Shown one piece after another: positions 62,592-64,000 of a stretch of 64,000 nt of DNA. Source of the stretch: Eledone cirrhosa (taxonomy: Eukaryota); contig OZ024742.1 of assembly GCA_964016885.1 (NCBI GenBank), positions 95,728,001 to 95,792,000 of the forward strand. Direction: 5' to 3'. Positions within the stretch are counted from its first letter, which is position 1; the number at the start of each line of letters is the position of its first letter. The translations under genes and the position numbers were made by a program. The notes below the pieces were generated by a model, which was not told where the DNA came from, made no database searches, and saw only the letters and a program-made list of their open reading frames with translations.

Positions 62592-63068
62592 ATGGCGTCA
62601 CATTCTTCTACTTTCACTTCTGACAGCCAATTCCGTTGTAGCGCCGATTTAAAATCACCAAATATTTCTAACACAAACAATACCAACAATAACACCAACA
62701 ACACCATCAATAACAACAGCAGCAACAAAAATAACAGCGGTAAGGTCGAGAACGACAATAACAATGACAATAACAACAGCCACAACAACAATAATAGTAG
62801 GAACAGTATCAACAAAAACAACAATAATAACAACAGCCACAATAACAGTAACAACAGCAACAGTATCAACGAAAACAACAACAACAACAGCAACAACAGT
62901 ACCAACGAAAACATCAACAATGACATCGATACCTGTAACAGCGAACTCAGCACCACCAGCAGGACCAGTAGCGGCAGCAATAGTGGTGCCGTTGAAAAAG
63001 GGAACACTATAACCTTGATTAAGTGTCGCTGGAGATATTATTATATTTATCGATCCAGAAGGCAATGA
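62592..63068 (+). other. Asn-rich low-complexity ORF, possibly the N-terminal part of a Tx1-like ORF1
   Basis: ATG-initiated 158-aa ORF built from (AAC)n, downstream of a CpG-retaining region and upstream of the ORF1-like segment. No recognisable domain. Confidence 0.3.
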
Positions 63069-63439
63069 TAAAAACGACATAATCCGTTATAACAAAAATT
63101 CCCTTTTATTTGTTGTACAAATATGGAATCGAAAATAACAAGACAAGGTTGAGCAAGTCTTCACATCGTGTTGGCTGCATATTCCAGTGGGGAAGTGAAA
63201 GAATGTGGCATATCAAATGTCTTGATGGTGGTCGTTCAGTTAACTCTGTGTCTCTCTGCCTGTCAGCCAACTGTGTCTCTGGTCCAAGTAGTCCAGCAAC
63301 TTGTCTCGATCTGCTGAGGGCCCTGATTGGCTACTTCAGACAATTCACCTCTGTGACACCATTCTTCTGCCAAAGGAAAATACATTTAATCACAAAGGAA
63401 AATACATAATAATTCTGTTCACTACAACACTTCTTTTGC

Positions 63440-64000
63440 AGGTATCGCCCGAAATATCGAAACAGTGTTAGTCACAGAGGAGAAGATGGCAGTCGCAAGG
63501 GCCATGATGACAAAAAGTGCCAATAGAGTCTGCCTGAAACCTCCACCCGATTTTTTCAAGGACCAGCAGCTACGGACGGTGACTTACCGCACCGTAAGCA
63601 AAATCTCACATCGAGTGGAGAGAGTCACGGAGGCTCAAATCCAAAAGGCCTTGGGGTACGTCTGGGCATGCAAAATCCACATCACCTGAGGCAAAAAGTA
63701 CGCCACAGTAGACGTACTTTTTGCCACCCCCCAACAAGTGAAGTCTCACTCTTTGGAAACCTTAAAGAGTGAGGAGATAGTCTTGGTGCCCTCCTACAGC
63801 GGGCAGAAAATTGTGAGAGTCAAAGTGACCCAGGTTAAACCCGACATGCCCATACCTTGGCTGGCCGTGTCTGTCCTTGCTGGAATCGAGGACAGGACGA
63901 CCATGCTGCAAGTAGAGAAAATAATAGGGAGAGAGAACTGGTCAGGTATAGACATGAAAATGCTTATACAAACTGACCAGGAATGTATCGACGCTATCCC
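63440..64000 (+). pseudogene. L1/Tx1-like ORF1 (RRM-like) fragment with an in-frame stop, running off the window
   Basis: Reading through TGA at 63687 gives ..IQKALG..IT*GKKYATVDVLF..LVPSYSGQKIVRVKVTQVKPDMPIPWLAVSVL..ENWSGID.., which resembles Tx1-type ORF1. Confidence 0.55.

Overview
This is a eukaryotic, AT-rich window packed with microsatellites, and I cannot support any host protein-coding exon in it. The SINE/LINE repertoire and dense (TA)n, (GA)n, (CAT)n and (TTA)n tracts point to an octopus or other coleoid cephalopod genome (inference). Almost everything is transposable-element material. RTE LINEs: one near-full-length copy (APE endonuclease + RT, with a C4HC3 PHD-type finger inside the RT and a YADD->YADE change) plus many truncated copies. 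Other retroelements: two R4/Dong-type restriction-like-endonuclease retrotransposons in (TAA)n tracts, three L1/Tx1-like fragments, several Penelope-like elements (PLEs) with hammerhead-ribozyme (HHR) motifs, and more than 20 tRNA-derived SINEs. DNA elements: a Chapaev3 transposon and an internally deleted Helitron. The main signals are four. (1) The dominant SINE shares its last ~27 nt with the Tx1-like LINE 3' end, and both co-occupy (TTA)n tracts with Dong elements on the opposite strand, suggesting a SINE/Tx1/Dong microsatellite niche. (2) A minimal hammerhead with a compensatory U3-A8 core occurs in three copies, and other HHRs have long stem-II inserts. (3) An RTE 3' end is fused directly to a Penelope 3' end. 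(4) A PHD finger is inserted within the RTE reverse transcriptase. Most short ORFs in the supplied track are microsatellite translations or antisense shadows. Element boundaries were read by eye and are approximate.
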